Shown piece by piece: positions 35,096 through 45,100 of a DNA stretch of 64,000 bases. Position numbers and translations under genes: made by a program. Under the pieces are notes generated by a model. It was given only the letters and a program-made list of their open reading frames with translations, was not told where the DNA came from and searched no databases. Positions within the stretch are counted from its first letter, which is position 1; each line of letters opens with the position of its first letter. The stretch spans positions 37,655 to 101,654 of the forward strand of contig JAIOIU010000102.1 of the NCBI GenBank assembly GCA_019912425.1, read 5' to 3'. This DNA is from Candidatus Methylomirabilis tolerans (GTDB lineage Bacteria; Methylomirabilota; Methylomirabilia; Methylomirabilales; Methylomirabilaceae).

Positions 35096-35821
35096 ATGAT
35101 CCAGATGTTCCATGTGTACAAGACGTTTGGAAAAGATCTGGAGGCCTTGGTCGATGTCGATCTTCATATTCACAAAGGGGAGATGGTCTTCCTGGCTGGT
35201 CCCAATGGCGCCGGGAAAAGCACGCTACTCCGTTTGATCTTTTGCGACGAGCTTCCCACCTCTGGTCAGATCCTGGTCAATGGCCGCAATATCGTCCGCA
35301 TGAAACCGAGGGCGGTCCCGGAACTGAGGCGGACTCTGGGGATCGTTTTTCAGGATTTCAAGCTCCTTCGCGATCGGACTATCGAGGAAAACCTTGCCTT
35401 GGTTGCCAGGGTCGTCGGCATGACAACGTTGCAGGTGCAGCGTAAGGTCGAACAACTGCTGAAGCTGGTTGGGCTTTCACACAAGGCGCGGGTGGTACCG
35501 TATAAGCTGTCAAACGGTGAGCAGCAGCGGGTGGCGGTGGCGAGAGCGCTGATGAATGATCCTGTCATCCTCTTAGCGGACGAGCCGACCGGAAACCTGG
35601 ATCCTGAACTGGCCGCAGACGTCATACGACTTCTTTTTGAGATTAATGCGCAGGGAACCACCGTCCTGGTGGCTACTCACAATCTCAAACTGGCGGAGGA
35701 GGCGGGCTGTCGCACAGTATTCCTCAAACAAGGAAGGATCGTCGAGGAGTGGCAGCGGGTGAACCGGCCGGCAGGCTGGGCGCAAGAGAAAAGGGTCTGG
35801 AGTTCAACCAGTCTGCCTTGA
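35096..35821 (+). CDS. ftsE: cell-division ATP-binding protein FtsE
   Basis: 241 aa. GPNGAGKST, LSNGEQQRVAVARAL, LLADEPTGNLD. Followed by ftsX. Confidence 0.9.
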   Translation: MIQMFHVYKTFGKDLEALVDVDLHIHKGEMVFLAGPNGAGKSTLLRLIFCDELPTSGQILVNGRNIVRMKPRAVPELRRTLGIVFQDFKLLRDRTIEENLALVARVVGMTTLQVQRKVEQLLKLVGLSHKARVVPYKLSNGEQQRVAVARALMNDPVILLADEPTGNLDPELAADVIRLLFEINAQGTTVLVATHNLKLAEEAGCRTVFLKQGRIVEEWQRVNRPAGWAQEKRVWSSTSLP

Positions 35822-35848
35822 ATCTTCCTCGGCGCGTCTTGCGTGTGA

Positions 35849-36748
35849 GTGGTGGTTGAGAAGCTGAAACATCTGTTGGCTTATGCTCTGATCAACCTGG
35901 TTCGCGCCGGATGGGGCGGGTTGGCGTCGATCGTCAGCATTGCGGTATCGTTCGTCATCATCGGCATCTTTCTTCTGTTGATCCAACATTTCAGCGCGCT
36001 TGTTACTGAGTGGAAAGAACAACTCCAGGTTTCTGTCTTCCTGGATGACCAGATTACTCCGTTACAGCTAGATATGCTCAGGCGACGAATCGAAAATGAG
36101 GCAGCCGTCAGGACCTTTACGTTCACGACAAAGGAAGAGGCTCTTGCCAGCTTCCGTCGAGAACTCAAGGGGCAGGAAAGTCTCCTTGAGGGCTTGGGTG
36201 ATAATCCGCTCCCCGCTTCATATCAACTCAAGATCCGCGAAGGGTATCAAAGCCCGGAAGCCCTCAAAGGGCTCAGCGCATTCCTGAGCCGCCTCGAGGG
36301 GGTGGAGGATATCCAGTATGGACAGGAGTGGGTTGAGCGTATTGCCCGAGTCGCGCAACTCATCAGGCTGCTCGGCGCCATCATCGGTTCGGTGCTGACG
36401 CTAGGGTCAGCCATGATCGTCTCGAATACCATTCGGCTTGCCGTCTATACGCGCGCGCAGGAGATCGAGATCATGCGACTCGTCGGTGCTACCAAGGCGT
36501 ATATCCGCGCCCCCTTTCTTGTGGAGGGGATGCTTCAGGGCAGCCTTGGCGCCGGGCTTGCCCTGGGTGTACTGTTTGCAGCTTACCGATTCGTCGCGCC
36601 GACCTTCAATGTGGCCTCTCCACTCTTCTCTACAGCAGCGGGGCAGGGATTCCTGGAATCGTCGATGATGGCAGGTTTGGTGGGGGGAGGCGCAGTGATC
36701 GGCGCCCTGGGCAGCGCACTCGCCGTCAGCCGCTTCTTGAAGCTATAG
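35849..36748 (+). CDS. ftsX: cell-division permease FtsX
   Basis: 299 aa. One N-terminal TM, a periplasmic domain, three C-terminal TMs with the EIEIMRLVGAT motif. Confidence 0.88.
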   Translation: MVVEKLKHLLAYALINLVRAGWGGLASIVSIAVSFVIIGIFLLLIQHFSALVTEWKEQLQVSVFLDDQITPLQLDMLRRRIENEAAVRTFTFTTKEEALASFRRELKGQESLLEGLGDNPLPASYQLKIREGYQSPEALKGLSAFLSRLEGVEDIQYGQEWVERIARVAQLIRLLGAIIGSVLTLGSAMIVSNTIRLAVYTRAQEIEIMRLVGATKAYIRAPFLVEGMLQGSLGAGLALGVLFAAYRFVAPTFNVASPLFSTAAGQGFLESSMMAGLVGGGAVIGALGSALAVSRFLKL

Positions 36749-36773
36749 CCGATAGTGACGGTAAGGGAGAAGA

Positions 36774-38009
36774 ATGACTTGTTCACCTCGTGCCCTCTTG
36801 ACGGTGGTGGCCCTCATAACAACCCTTCTCCTCGGCCCGTCATCCGGCTTGGCAGCCGACACAAAGATGGGGCACTCGTCGCGCCTCCGCGAGAAGCGCG
36901 AAGAACTCAAGCAGGTCAAAAGGGATCTGGACCGGGAGCGTCAACAGGCGAAGCAGACAGCGCGGAAAGAGCGAACGCTTTTCGATGAGTTGAAGCGGAC
37001 AGACCGGGCACTTCAGCAGAAGGGACGGGAACTGAAAGAGTTGCAGGCCAGGCTGAAGGTAAGCACGGAACGGCTTCAGACTACTCAGCGTGATATCGCA
37101 CTGACCCGGACTCAGCTTGACCGAATGCAGGGCCTGTTCCGGAGGCGTATCCGCGCCATCTATAAACAAGGGCGCCACGGCTATGTTCAGGCGCTCCTGT
37201 CCGCGGATGACCTGTCCGGTACCGGGCGCCGCATACGATACCTCGCGGCGATCGCCAATCAGGATCAGCGGATGGTTGCCGCCTACACGGTGACTCTCGA
37301 GACGCTGCGCACTCAACAGGCCGAGCTGGAGCGATCAAAAACCGCGCTGACGATGGATCAGAAGGCCGTCACGGAAAAGCGCGAGGAGGTCTTGGAGGAG
37401 CAGCATACCAGGCGCCTGCTGCTGGGCGAGGTTCAGGAGCAGAAAAAGGGCCATCTGACCGCCATCCGGGAGCTGGAGCTGGCAACCAGAGAGCTCCAGA
37501 ACCTCATCGGTCGCCTGCAGAAAAAGAGGCGGCCCCAGATCGGGAAAGCGCCTTATCCTGGGTCGTTGCGGGTTCCCGACGTTTCTAAAGGACCGCTCGG
37601 CCCGTTTGCATCGCTCAAGGGCCGCTTACCGTGGCCGACGACCGGCACCATGGTCTCTACGTTCGGTCGGCGAGAGCACGCACGTTACAGGACGATGATC
37701 TTCAACCACGGCATCGAGATCCGTGCTCCCGAGAAGCAAAAGATCGCGTCGGTCTTTGAAGGCGTTGTACTGTACGCCGATTGGTTCAAAGGGTATGGCC
37801 GCTTGATCGTCCTTGATCACGGGGAAGACTACTATACGGTGTATGCACATGCTGCAGAGATACTCGTCAAGGTGGGCGACCGGGTGGCAAAGGGACAGAC
37901 TATCGGGTTAATCGGTAACACGGGGTCGGTGAACGGGTCGCAGCTCTATTTTGAAGTGCGGCATCGGGGAAGGCCCCAGGATCCTGTGGCCTGGCTTGCC
38001 CCCAACTAA
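36774..38009 (+). CDS. EnvC-like murein hydrolase activator (coiled coil plus M23/LytM domain)
   Basis: 411 aa. Signal peptide, long coiled-coil region, C-terminal GYGRLIVLDHGEDYYTVYAH...QLYFEVRH. Confidence 0.85.
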   Translation: MTCSPRALLTVVALITTLLLGPSSGLAADTKMGHSSRLREKREELKQVKRDLDRERQQAKQTARKERTLFDELKRTDRALQQKGRELKELQARLKVSTERLQTTQRDIALTRTQLDRMQGLFRRRIRAIYKQGRHGYVQALLSADDLSGTGRRIRYLAAIANQDQRMVAAYTVTLETLRTQQAELERSKTALTMDQKAVTEKREEVLEEQHTRRLLLGEVQEQKKGHLTAIRELELATRELQNLIGRLQKKRRPQIGKAPYPGSLRVPDVSKGPLGPFASLKGRLPWPTTGTMVSTFGRREHARYRTMIFNHGIEIRAPEKQKIASVFEGVVLYADWFKGYGRLIVLDHGEDYYTVYAHAAEILVKVGDRVAKGQTIGLIGNTGSVNGSQLYFEVRHRGRPQDPVAWLAPN

Positions 38010-38013
38010 ATGT

Positions 38014-38054
38014 AGCCGTCAGCCATCAGCTAATAGCTGGATGCTGATAGCTGG
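38014..38054. repeat. TCAGC/GCTGA hairpin repeat family, copy 2
   Basis: agccgTCAGCcaTCAGCtaatagctggatGCTGAtagctgg is an imperfect long hairpin directly after the envC-like stop. Confidence 0.6.
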
Positions 38055-38071
38055 TTATCTGGGAGGAATCG

Positions 38072-39415
38072 ATGAGATCCGGAGGTCCTTTTCAGAAAGG
38101 GCGAAAGAGTCTGGCCATTGTATTGATCTTGCTGTTGTTGATCATCGGTGGCGGAGGCCATCATGAGGTCACGGCTGTCGAGGACAACTACGAGCGGTTA
38201 AAGGTCTTCACGGAGGTCCTGTCGCTGGTCCAGACGAATTATGTGGAGGAAACGAAGCCTCGCGACCTCATCTACAGCAGTATTAAAGGGATGCTGGAGT
38301 CGCTCGATCCTCACAGCGCGTTCATGCCGCCCGATATTTTCAAAGAGATGCAGGTTGAGACTCAGGGCTTGTTTGGCGGTCTGGGGATCGAGATTACAGT
38401 GAAGGATAGAATGCTCACGGTGGTGGCGCCGATTGAAGGAACCCCAGCCGATCGGGCCGGCATGCATCCTGGCGACCGGATCGTGAAGATCGATGGAAGC
38501 CCAACTAAAGATATGACTCTCATGGAAGCAGTGAAAAAGCTTCGAGGCTCCAAGGGCACGAGCGTCACCCTGACCATCCTCCGTGAGGAGTCCCCTGGCC
38601 CGTTCGATCTGACGTTGGTTCGGGAAGTCATCGAGGTGAAGAGCGTGAAGGCCAAAGATCTTGGCGATGGGATCGCCTACGTCCGGATCAGTGCGTTCCA
38701 GGAGCGGACCGGGAAAGACCTCCTGAAGGCGATCGAGCAGTTGGGACAGGGCGTGATGTCGGCCATGGTGCTGGACCTTCGCAACAACCCGGGTGGCCTC
38801 CTGAATCAGGCTGTCCAGGTGTCCGATCTGTTCCTGGACCAAGGACAGCTCATTGTCTACACCGAGGGTCGGCTCAAGAACCAGGATCTCCGCTTCTCGG
38901 CAGAACACGGGGCCCAGATCCCCAAAATTCCCATTGTAGTCCTGGTGAATGGGGGCTCCGCCAGCGCCTCCGAGATTGTCGCAGGCGCGCTGCAGGACTG
39001 GAAAAGGGCGGTGATCCTTGGGACAAAAACCTTCGGGAAAGGATCGGTACAAACGGTTGTTCCGCTGAGCGATGGTTCCGGTCTGCGTTTGACTACGGCG
39101 AAGTACTTTACGCCGCAGGGACGGTCGATCCACGGCACCGGGCTTGTACCCGATATCATCGTAGAGGCACCACGGCCCACCGTAGCCAAGGCGCAGAGTG
39201 CCCCACCGGATGAAAAGGAGGGTGAGGCTGGAAAAGAGCGGCCTGAGAGACGGCAGGAAAAGAAAATTTCCGAAGAGGAAGGAGACGCGAGTCTCCAGAT
39301 CAGTAAGCGAGAGGGGCCTGATCCCAGTGCCGACGTCCAGTTAAAGCGGGCGATGGAAATTCTCAAGGCGAGTCGGATTATCGAGAAGGGATTCGTAAAA
39401 GGGAATGCAGGGTAA
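38072..39415 (+). CDS. ctpA: carboxy-terminal processing protease (S41, PDZ-containing)
   Basis: 447 aa. PDZ segment GGLGIEI...PADRAGMHPGDRIVKIDG. Catalytic GGSASASEI and TFGKGSVQ. Confidence 0.9.
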   Translation: MRSGGPFQKGRKSLAIVLILLLLIIGGGGHHEVTAVEDNYERLKVFTEVLSLVQTNYVEETKPRDLIYSSIKGMLESLDPHSAFMPPDIFKEMQVETQGLFGGLGIEITVKDRMLTVVAPIEGTPADRAGMHPGDRIVKIDGSPTKDMTLMEAVKKLRGSKGTSVTLTILREESPGPFDLTLVREVIEVKSVKAKDLGDGIAYVRISAFQERTGKDLLKAIEQLGQGVMSAMVLDLRNNPGGLLNQAVQVSDLFLDQGQLIVYTEGRLKNQDLRFSAEHGAQIPKIPIVVLVNGGSASASEIVAGALQDWKRAVILGTKTFGKGSVQTVVPLSDGSGLRLTTAKYFTPQGRSIHGTGLVPDIIVEAPRPTVAKAQSAPPDEKEGEAGKERPERRQEKKISEEEGDASLQISKREGPDPSADVQLKRAMEILKASRIIEKGFVKGNAG

Positions 39416-39416
39416 G

Positions 39417-39482
39417 GCAGCGGTCAGCCATCAGCATTCAGCGGTCGGCCTAAAGCTGTTTGCTGAAAGCTGAGAGCTGATA
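39417..39482. repeat. TCAGC/GCTGA hairpin repeat family, copy 3
   Basis: gcagcggTCAGCcaTCAGCatTCAGCggtcggcctaaagctgtttGCTGAaaGCTGAgaGCTGAtag, directly after the ctpA stop. Confidence 0.65.
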
Positions 39483-39495
39483 GTTGCTCTTTACA

Positions 39496-40569
39496 ATGGC
39501 ACATTTGACCTTAGGGATCGAAACCTCATGTGATGAGACGGCGGCGGCTGTACTGGAGGATGGCCGGCGAATCCGTTCTTCCGTCGTCGCCTCTCAGGAT
39601 CTCCTCCACGCCCCCTACGGCGGGATCGTTCCCGAGTTGGCCTCCCGCCGTCACGTGGAGGCGATCTGGCCGGTGGTGCGGGAGGCATTGACCGTGGCAG
39701 GGGTCAGCCTAGCCGAGCTGAACGGGATTGCGGCAACGTCAGGACCTGGGTTGATCGGTTCTCTGCTGGTCGGTCTCTGCTTCGGGAAGGCACTCGCCTT
39801 TGCCCGTCATATCCCGCTGGTCGGCGTCAACCACCTGGAGGGGCATCTCTATGCCGCCCTATTGGATCATGAGGAACTCTCCTTCCCCTTCACCGGACTC
39901 GTGGCGTCGGGCGGCCACACTCACCTCTATCTGGCAATGGCCCCAGGTGAGTATCGCTTACTCGGTCGGACCAGGGACGATGCTGCCGGAGAGGCCTTCG
40001 ATAAAGTGGCCAAATTTCTCGGCCTTGGTTATCCAGGCGGGCCGTTGATTGAGGAGTGGGCGAGGAAGGGCGACCCGAACGCTGTGCGATTTCCCAGATC
40101 GGTTCCTCCGCGAGGGTCATACGATTTCAGCTTCAGCGGTCTGAAGACTGCAGTCGTCAATTTTGTCAAGCGTTCAACATTCAATGTTCAACGTTCAGAT
40201 AGTGGTTCGCGTCAGCCTTCAGCCTTCAGCTTTCAGCCTGCCCTTGACCCTGCCTTGGTGGCGGATATCTGCGCCGGATTTCAAGAGGCTGTGGTAGATG
40301 TGCTGGTTCGAGTGAGCCTGACGGCGGCGAAGGAATCTGCCTCGCAACGTCTCATCCTGGCCGGAGGGGTAGCCTGTAATGGTAGGCTCCGGTCAAAGCT
40401 TACAGAGCGAGCGATGGAGGAGGGTGTACACGTCTACTACCCCAAACCGTCTCTCTGTACCGATAATACTGCTATGATTGCGGCTGCCGGCTACCCTCGC
40501 ATGCTGCGCGGCGAGAGAGTCCCGCTTTCGTTGAACGCCGATGCCGATCTTGCGCTCGGTGTGATGTAA
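39496..40569 (+). CDS. tsaD: tRNA N6-adenosine threonylcarbamoyltransferase TsaD, with an in-frame repeat-derived insertion
   Basis: ATG 39496 (MAHLTLGIETSCDETAAAV). HxxxH region VNHLEGH. SFSGLKT. The inserted low-complexity stretch is KRSTFNVQRSDSGSRQPSAFSFQPALDP. Confidence 0.9.
   Translation: MAHLTLGIETSCDETAAAVLEDGRRIRSSVVASQDLLHAPYGGIVPELASRRHVEAIWPVVREALTVAGVSLAELNGIAATSGPGLIGSLLVGLCFGKALAFARHIPLVGVNHLEGHLYAALLDHEELSFPFTGLVASGGHTHLYLAMAPGEYRLLGRTRDDAAGEAFDKVAKFLGLGYPGGPLIEEWARKGDPNAVRFPRSVPPRGSYDFSFSGLKTAVVNFVKRSTFNVQRSDSGSRQPSAFSFQPALDPALVADICAGFQEAVVDVLVRVSLTAAKESASQRLILAGGVACNGRLRSKLTERAMEEGVHVYYPKPSLCTDNTAMIAAAGYPRMLRGERVPLSLNADADLALGVM
40171..40238 (+). repeat. heptamer tandem repeats inside tsaD (TTCAAC-type then TCAGCCT-type)
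   Basis: cGTTCAACaTTCAATgTTCAACgTTCAG at 40171-40197. gTCAGCCTTCAGCCTTCAGCTTTCAGCC at 40211-40238. The second block has the same pentamer as the intergenic family. Confidence 0.7.
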
Positions 40570-40579
40570 GAGCATACGA

Positions 40580-41119
40580 ATGGCGAAGCTACCGATTCTG
40601 CTCTACCCATCTCCCGTTATCCGAAAGAAGTCACTGTCGGTCACGTCGATTAATGGCGAGCTTCAGCGCTTCATTGATGATATGGTGGAAACCATGCATG
40701 CGGCTCCAGGCATGGGTCTTGCCGCTCCCCAAGTGGGAACACTCAAACGGGTCATCGTTCTGGACCCGCCTGATGATGTCGGGCTCACCGGGCCCCTGGC
40801 CCTCATCAATCCCGTGCTGATTGGCGGTGAAGGGCAAATCATGGAAGAAGAGGGATGTCTCTGTATCCCGGACCTGAATGAGCCGGTCTCGCGATTTCAG
40901 CAGGTGGCGGTCAAGGCATATGATCGGAATGAGAAGGAGATCGTTCTGGAGGGGGCTGACCTGCTAGCGCGTATCCTGCAACACGAGATCGACCACCTGG
41001 ATGGTATCCTGTTTATCGACCGCCTCAGCACCGCAAAGCGTCTTCTGCTCAAGCGACGGCTGAAGAACAGCATTCAGCGATCAGCGGTCAGCAGGCAGCC
41101 TAAAGCTGACGGCCGATAA
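40580..41119 (+). CDS. def: peptide deformylase
   Basis: 179 aa. GMGLAAPQVG, EGCLCIP, HEIDHLDG. The last ~17 codons (NSIQRSAVSRQPKADGR) are encoded by a TCAGC-family repeat. Confidence 0.92.
   Translation: MAKLPILLYPSPVIRKKSLSVTSINGELQRFIDDMVETMHAAPGMGLAAPQVGTLKRVIVLDPPDDVGLTGPLALINPVLIGGEGQIMEEEGCLCIPDLNEPVSRFQQVAVKAYDRNEKEIVLEGADLLARILQHEIDHLDGILFIDRLSTAKRLLLKRRLKNSIQRSAVSRQPKADGR
41068..41113. repeat. TCAGC/GCTGA hairpin repeat family, copy 4 (overlaps the def 3' end)
   Basis: cagcatTCAGCgaTCAGCggTCAGCaggcagcctaaaGCTGAcggcc. Shares cagcattcagcg and gcctaaagctg with copy 3. Confidence 0.65.
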
Positions 41120-41128
41120 CGCTACCCG

Positions 41129-42091
41129 CTACAATTTCTTCTCGACGTGAGCCTTTGTCTTGAGACTCTCAATCCACTCCTTAAATTTCGCCTCGGTCTT
41201 CTGTTCAAACAGGATAGCACGCAGACGCTCCTTCACCTGGTCGAACGCAAGGCCTTGACCGAAAGCTCGCTCCTCGACGACAATAAGGTGGAAGCCGGCC
41301 GGAGTCGTGATGACGTCGCTGGCTTGCCCGATCGGCAGGGCAAGGACGGCCTGCTCCAACTCCGGGGCGAGTTCTCCGCGCTTCATTGTCCAGACCTCAC
41401 CACTGGCCGACGCGAGCGGTCCTTCCGAGTATTGCTTGGCGACCGTCGAGAAATTGGCTCCCGTTTTAAGAAGTTCCTTTGCCTCTTCAATCCGGTTCTT
41501 GGCACGCGATATCTCGCTGGGCGTCGCCTGCGGCGGCACAGTCACAAGAAGATGGCGAATTTTAAATTGGGGACTCTCCTTAAATTGCGCCTGCTGTTGC
41601 TCGTAATACTGCTGGACCTCCTCGTCAAGCACGACGACCTTGGCTCGTACCCGCCTGGCCACCAGCTTCGTCAGCACGACCTGCTCGGCGATCCCCTTCC
41701 GAAACTGCTCCTCGCTGAGCAGTTCTCTGGACAGAGCGGCTCTCAACTCTTCATCGCTGGCTAACCCGTTGCGCTTCTTCAGTTCCTCGATGGTGGACTG
41801 AATCTCCACAGGGGTCGCCTCAGTCTTGTCCTTCTGCGCCTCCTGGAGTTGCAGCCTTCTGAGAATCAACTCGTCCAGGATCTGGCGTTCCGTGCTGCGA
41901 AGCTGCCGCTCTCGTTCCATCCCCGGCGTTTCCTGCATGATCCTTCGGATAGCCTGAAGCCCTTCCTCTTGTACCTCGGTCAGGGTGATCACGTCATCAT
42001 TGACCACGGCGACGACACGATCAAGGATGACGGCCTCGGACACAAACGCCCTCATGCCTATCCAGAGGATGGCCATCCCCAACACGAGCAT
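41129..42091 (-). CDS. SurA-like periplasmic peptidyl-prolyl isomerase (PpiC/parvulin type)
   Basis: 320 aa. N-terminal anchor/signal, SurA_N-like DRVVAVVNDDVITLTEV, parvulin domain IRHLLV...FSTVAKQYSEGP...GFHLI. Confidence 0.8.
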   Translation of the reverse strand: MLVLGMAILWIGMRAFVSEAVILDRVVAVVNDDVITLTEVQEEGLQAIRRIMQETPGMERERQLRSTERQILDELILRRLQLQEAQKDKTEATPVEIQSTIEELKKRNGLASDEELRAALSRELLSEEQFRKGIAEQVVLTKLVARRVRAKVVVLDEEVQQYYEQQQAQFKESPQFKIRHLLVTVPPQATPSEISRAKNRIEEAKELLKTGANFSTVAKQYSEGPLASASGEVWTMKRGELAPELEQAVLALPIGQASDVITTPAGFHLIVVEERAFGQGLAFDQVKERLRAILFEQKTEAKFKEWIESLKTKAHVEKKL

Positions 42092-42097
42092 AGGATG

Positions 42098-42120
42098 TAG
42101 GGGGGAGGGGGTAGGGTGTA
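42098..42120. repeat. G-run element (gtaggggggagggggtagggtgta)
   Basis: Intergenic between the surA-like start and the mfd stop. Same G/C-run character as the insert inside mfd at 44633-44695. Confidence 0.35.
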
Positions 42121-42169
42121 GAAATCTACTGACCGCATTCCACTGCTGCCACCCGCCACCCTGCCTGAT

Positions 42170-45100
42170 TCATCGACACTCCTGAAGTTGCGACAGCAAC
42201 GCCTGAGCGGTAGCGATGTTGTCGCGCCCATTCACCGTGTATTCCAGTGCATCGCTTCCCGTACGCGTGGTGTTTCCGGGGATATAGCGCAATCGGCCGC
42301 CCTCTTTATGAAGCAAGGCGGCTACCTTGGCTGGGGCAAGGGGCGGTGGCTCGCTGAAGGCGAAGCGGATGGTCTTGCCTGTAATATTGACCTCACGAAT
42401 GCAGAGCGATCTGGCCAGGATCCTGAGGGTCATCGCGGTCAGGAGCCGTTCTGTCTCATGGGGGGGCTCACCAAAGCGATCGACCAGTTCCTCCCGAAAG
42501 GCAGAGATCTCCTGTGGGAGAGAGAGCGCGGCCAACCGCTTGTAGAGCTGGAGTCGAATGTTGGGGTCCTCCACATAGGCCTCCGGCACATACCCCTCCG
42601 CCTCCAGCCTGATGGAAGGCTCGACAGGCTCCGCAGCCGCTTCACCCTTCAGATTTCTGACCGTTGACTCGATCAGGCGGCAGTACAGATCAAATCCCAC
42701 GGCGGCGATCTGGCCGTGTTGCTCCGATCCCAGGAGGTTGCCCGCTCCTCTGATCTCCAGGTCCTTCGCCGCTACCTTGAATCCGGCGCCGAGTTCGGTC
42801 AGTTCTGCGATGGCCTGGAGCCTCTTCTTTGCGACCTCTGAGAGCGCAGCATCCTCCGGCACCAGGAGATAAGCGTACGCTCGATGCTTATCCCGACCGA
42901 CTCGCCCGCGAAGCTGGTAGAGCTGCGCGAGGCCCAAGGCATCAGCTCGATCAATGATAATGGTGTTGGCGGTACCGACATCCAGTCCGGATTCGATGAT
43001 GGTGGTGCACAGTAGAATATCGAACTTTCCGCCGTAGAAGTCGCACATGATCCGTTCCAGGCGTGCTTCCGGCAGCTCACCGTGGGCTACCGTCAGCCTC
43101 GCCCGTGGAACCAACCGCTTGATCAGACGCGCTACGCTCTGGATGCTCTCCACGCGATTATGCACAAAGAAGACCTGTCCTCGTCTATCCAGCTCCTGCT
43201 CTATCGCCTCCTTGATGAGGGCCTGGTCGAACCTGGCTACGATCGTCTTGATTGAGAGGCGCTCCTCCGGCGGGGTCTCGATGGTACTGATATCCCTAAC
43301 CCCCAGCATCGACATGTGCAGCGTTCTCGGGATCGGCGTCGCGGTGAGCGTCAGAACATTGACCTGTCGCCGGATCTGCTTCATGCGCTCCTTGGCTGCG
43401 ACGCCGAAGCGGTGCTCCTCATCCACCACAAGCAGTCCCAGGTCCCGGAAGTGGACATCCTTCTGGAGCAGGCGGTGGGTCCCGATCACGATATCGACGA
43501 TGCCCTCACGGACGCCACGCAGTACGTCGCCCTGCTCTTTGCGGCTGCGGAAGCGGGAGAGCATCTCAATCTTGATCGGAAAATTGCCGAACCGCTCAGA
43601 AAACGTCCGGGAATGCTGTAAGGCGAGGACAGTAGTCGGAACCAGGACCGCCACCTGCTTCCCCCCCATAACCGTCTTAAAGGCGGCCCGCATCGCCACT
43701 TCGGTCTTACCATATCCGACGTCACCGCAGATCAGACGGTCCATCGGCCGATCTCGCTCCATGTCGGCCTTGGCCTCGGCGATCGCCCGAAGCTGGCCCG
43801 GGGTTTCTTCGTATGGGAATCCAGCCTCGAATTCCCGTTGCCACGGCGTATCAGAAGGGAGAGCATACCCCTTGACAACCTGCCTGGCCGCATACAGGCT
43901 GAGCAGCTCCTGGGCCATCTCGCGGACGGAAGCCCTGACTCGCTCCTTGGCCTTAGTCCATGAGGCGCTCCCCAATCGATCGAGGGTGGGTGGAGCACTA
44001 TCGGCGCCCGCATACCGATAGACTAGATGGAGTTTGCTGGTCGGCACATAGAGCTTGGCGTGATCGGCGTAGATGATGAGCAGATAATCGCCTTCTATCC
44101 CGCCAACAGTAAGTTGCCGCAGTCCTTTGTATATGCCGATCCCGTGATCCTCGTGGACAACGAAATCGCCATAGGCGAGGTCCTGGTAGGAGGCAAGGGC
44201 GGAGACCGCCTTCGGACGTAAGCGGCGGGGCGGAAGATGTCGCATCCCAAAGATTTCGGTTTCGGTGATATAAGTCAGTGACGCCTCATCCAGATGGAAG
44301 CCACCGCTGAGTTCACCAGTAATGACAGTGATTTCGCTTGGCAACGCCATCCCTGAGCCGATAGAGGCTGCGACCTCATGTTCCCTGAGTACCTCAGCCA
44401 GGCGCCGACCTTGGGCCTCACTCCTGCAGACCAGGTGGATTCTTCGGCCCTGCCGACGCCACCCTTCAAGGTCGCGTGTGAGCTCCATCATTCGGCCACG
44501 GTAGGCCGTGATGGTGCGCACCTGGAACCCGATCGCTGCCTCTTCCGTAAGACTGTTCGATTGCAGGAATTCCTCCAGGAAGATTCGCGGCCTCAGGGAG
44601 AGTCTCTGCTCAACGTCGCTCCAGTCGAGGATCCCCCCCACCCTGCCCTCCCCCGCACCCAGAGGGTACTCGGGGGAAGGGTTAGGGAGAGGACGTGAGG
44701 CGTCTTGCGAAAGGCTGGCCGCGTGAGCCTGCAGACCCGCCGGATCTACCAGGACCCATGCGGCATCGGGCGACACGTACTGCAGAAGATCGGCTGATTC
44801 CTCCAGAGCCTGCTGACACGCTTCACCCGTCAAAGGCGCTTCTACAACAGGCAGGACGGAGACCTGCTCGACAGCGCGAATGGACCGCTGGGTGGCTGGA
44901 TCGAATGCGCGAAGCTCAAGTATCTCATCGCCGAAGAATTCAGCGCGAACAGGAAGATCCGATTCTTCGACACGGCTCAGGACGGATTTGGGAGGGAAGA
45001 GGTCGAGGAGATTCCCGCGCAGGCTGTATTCGCCGCAATCCGTCACCTGATTCACTCGACGGTAGCCGCCCACCTCCAGGGCGCCCACCAACTCATCCCG

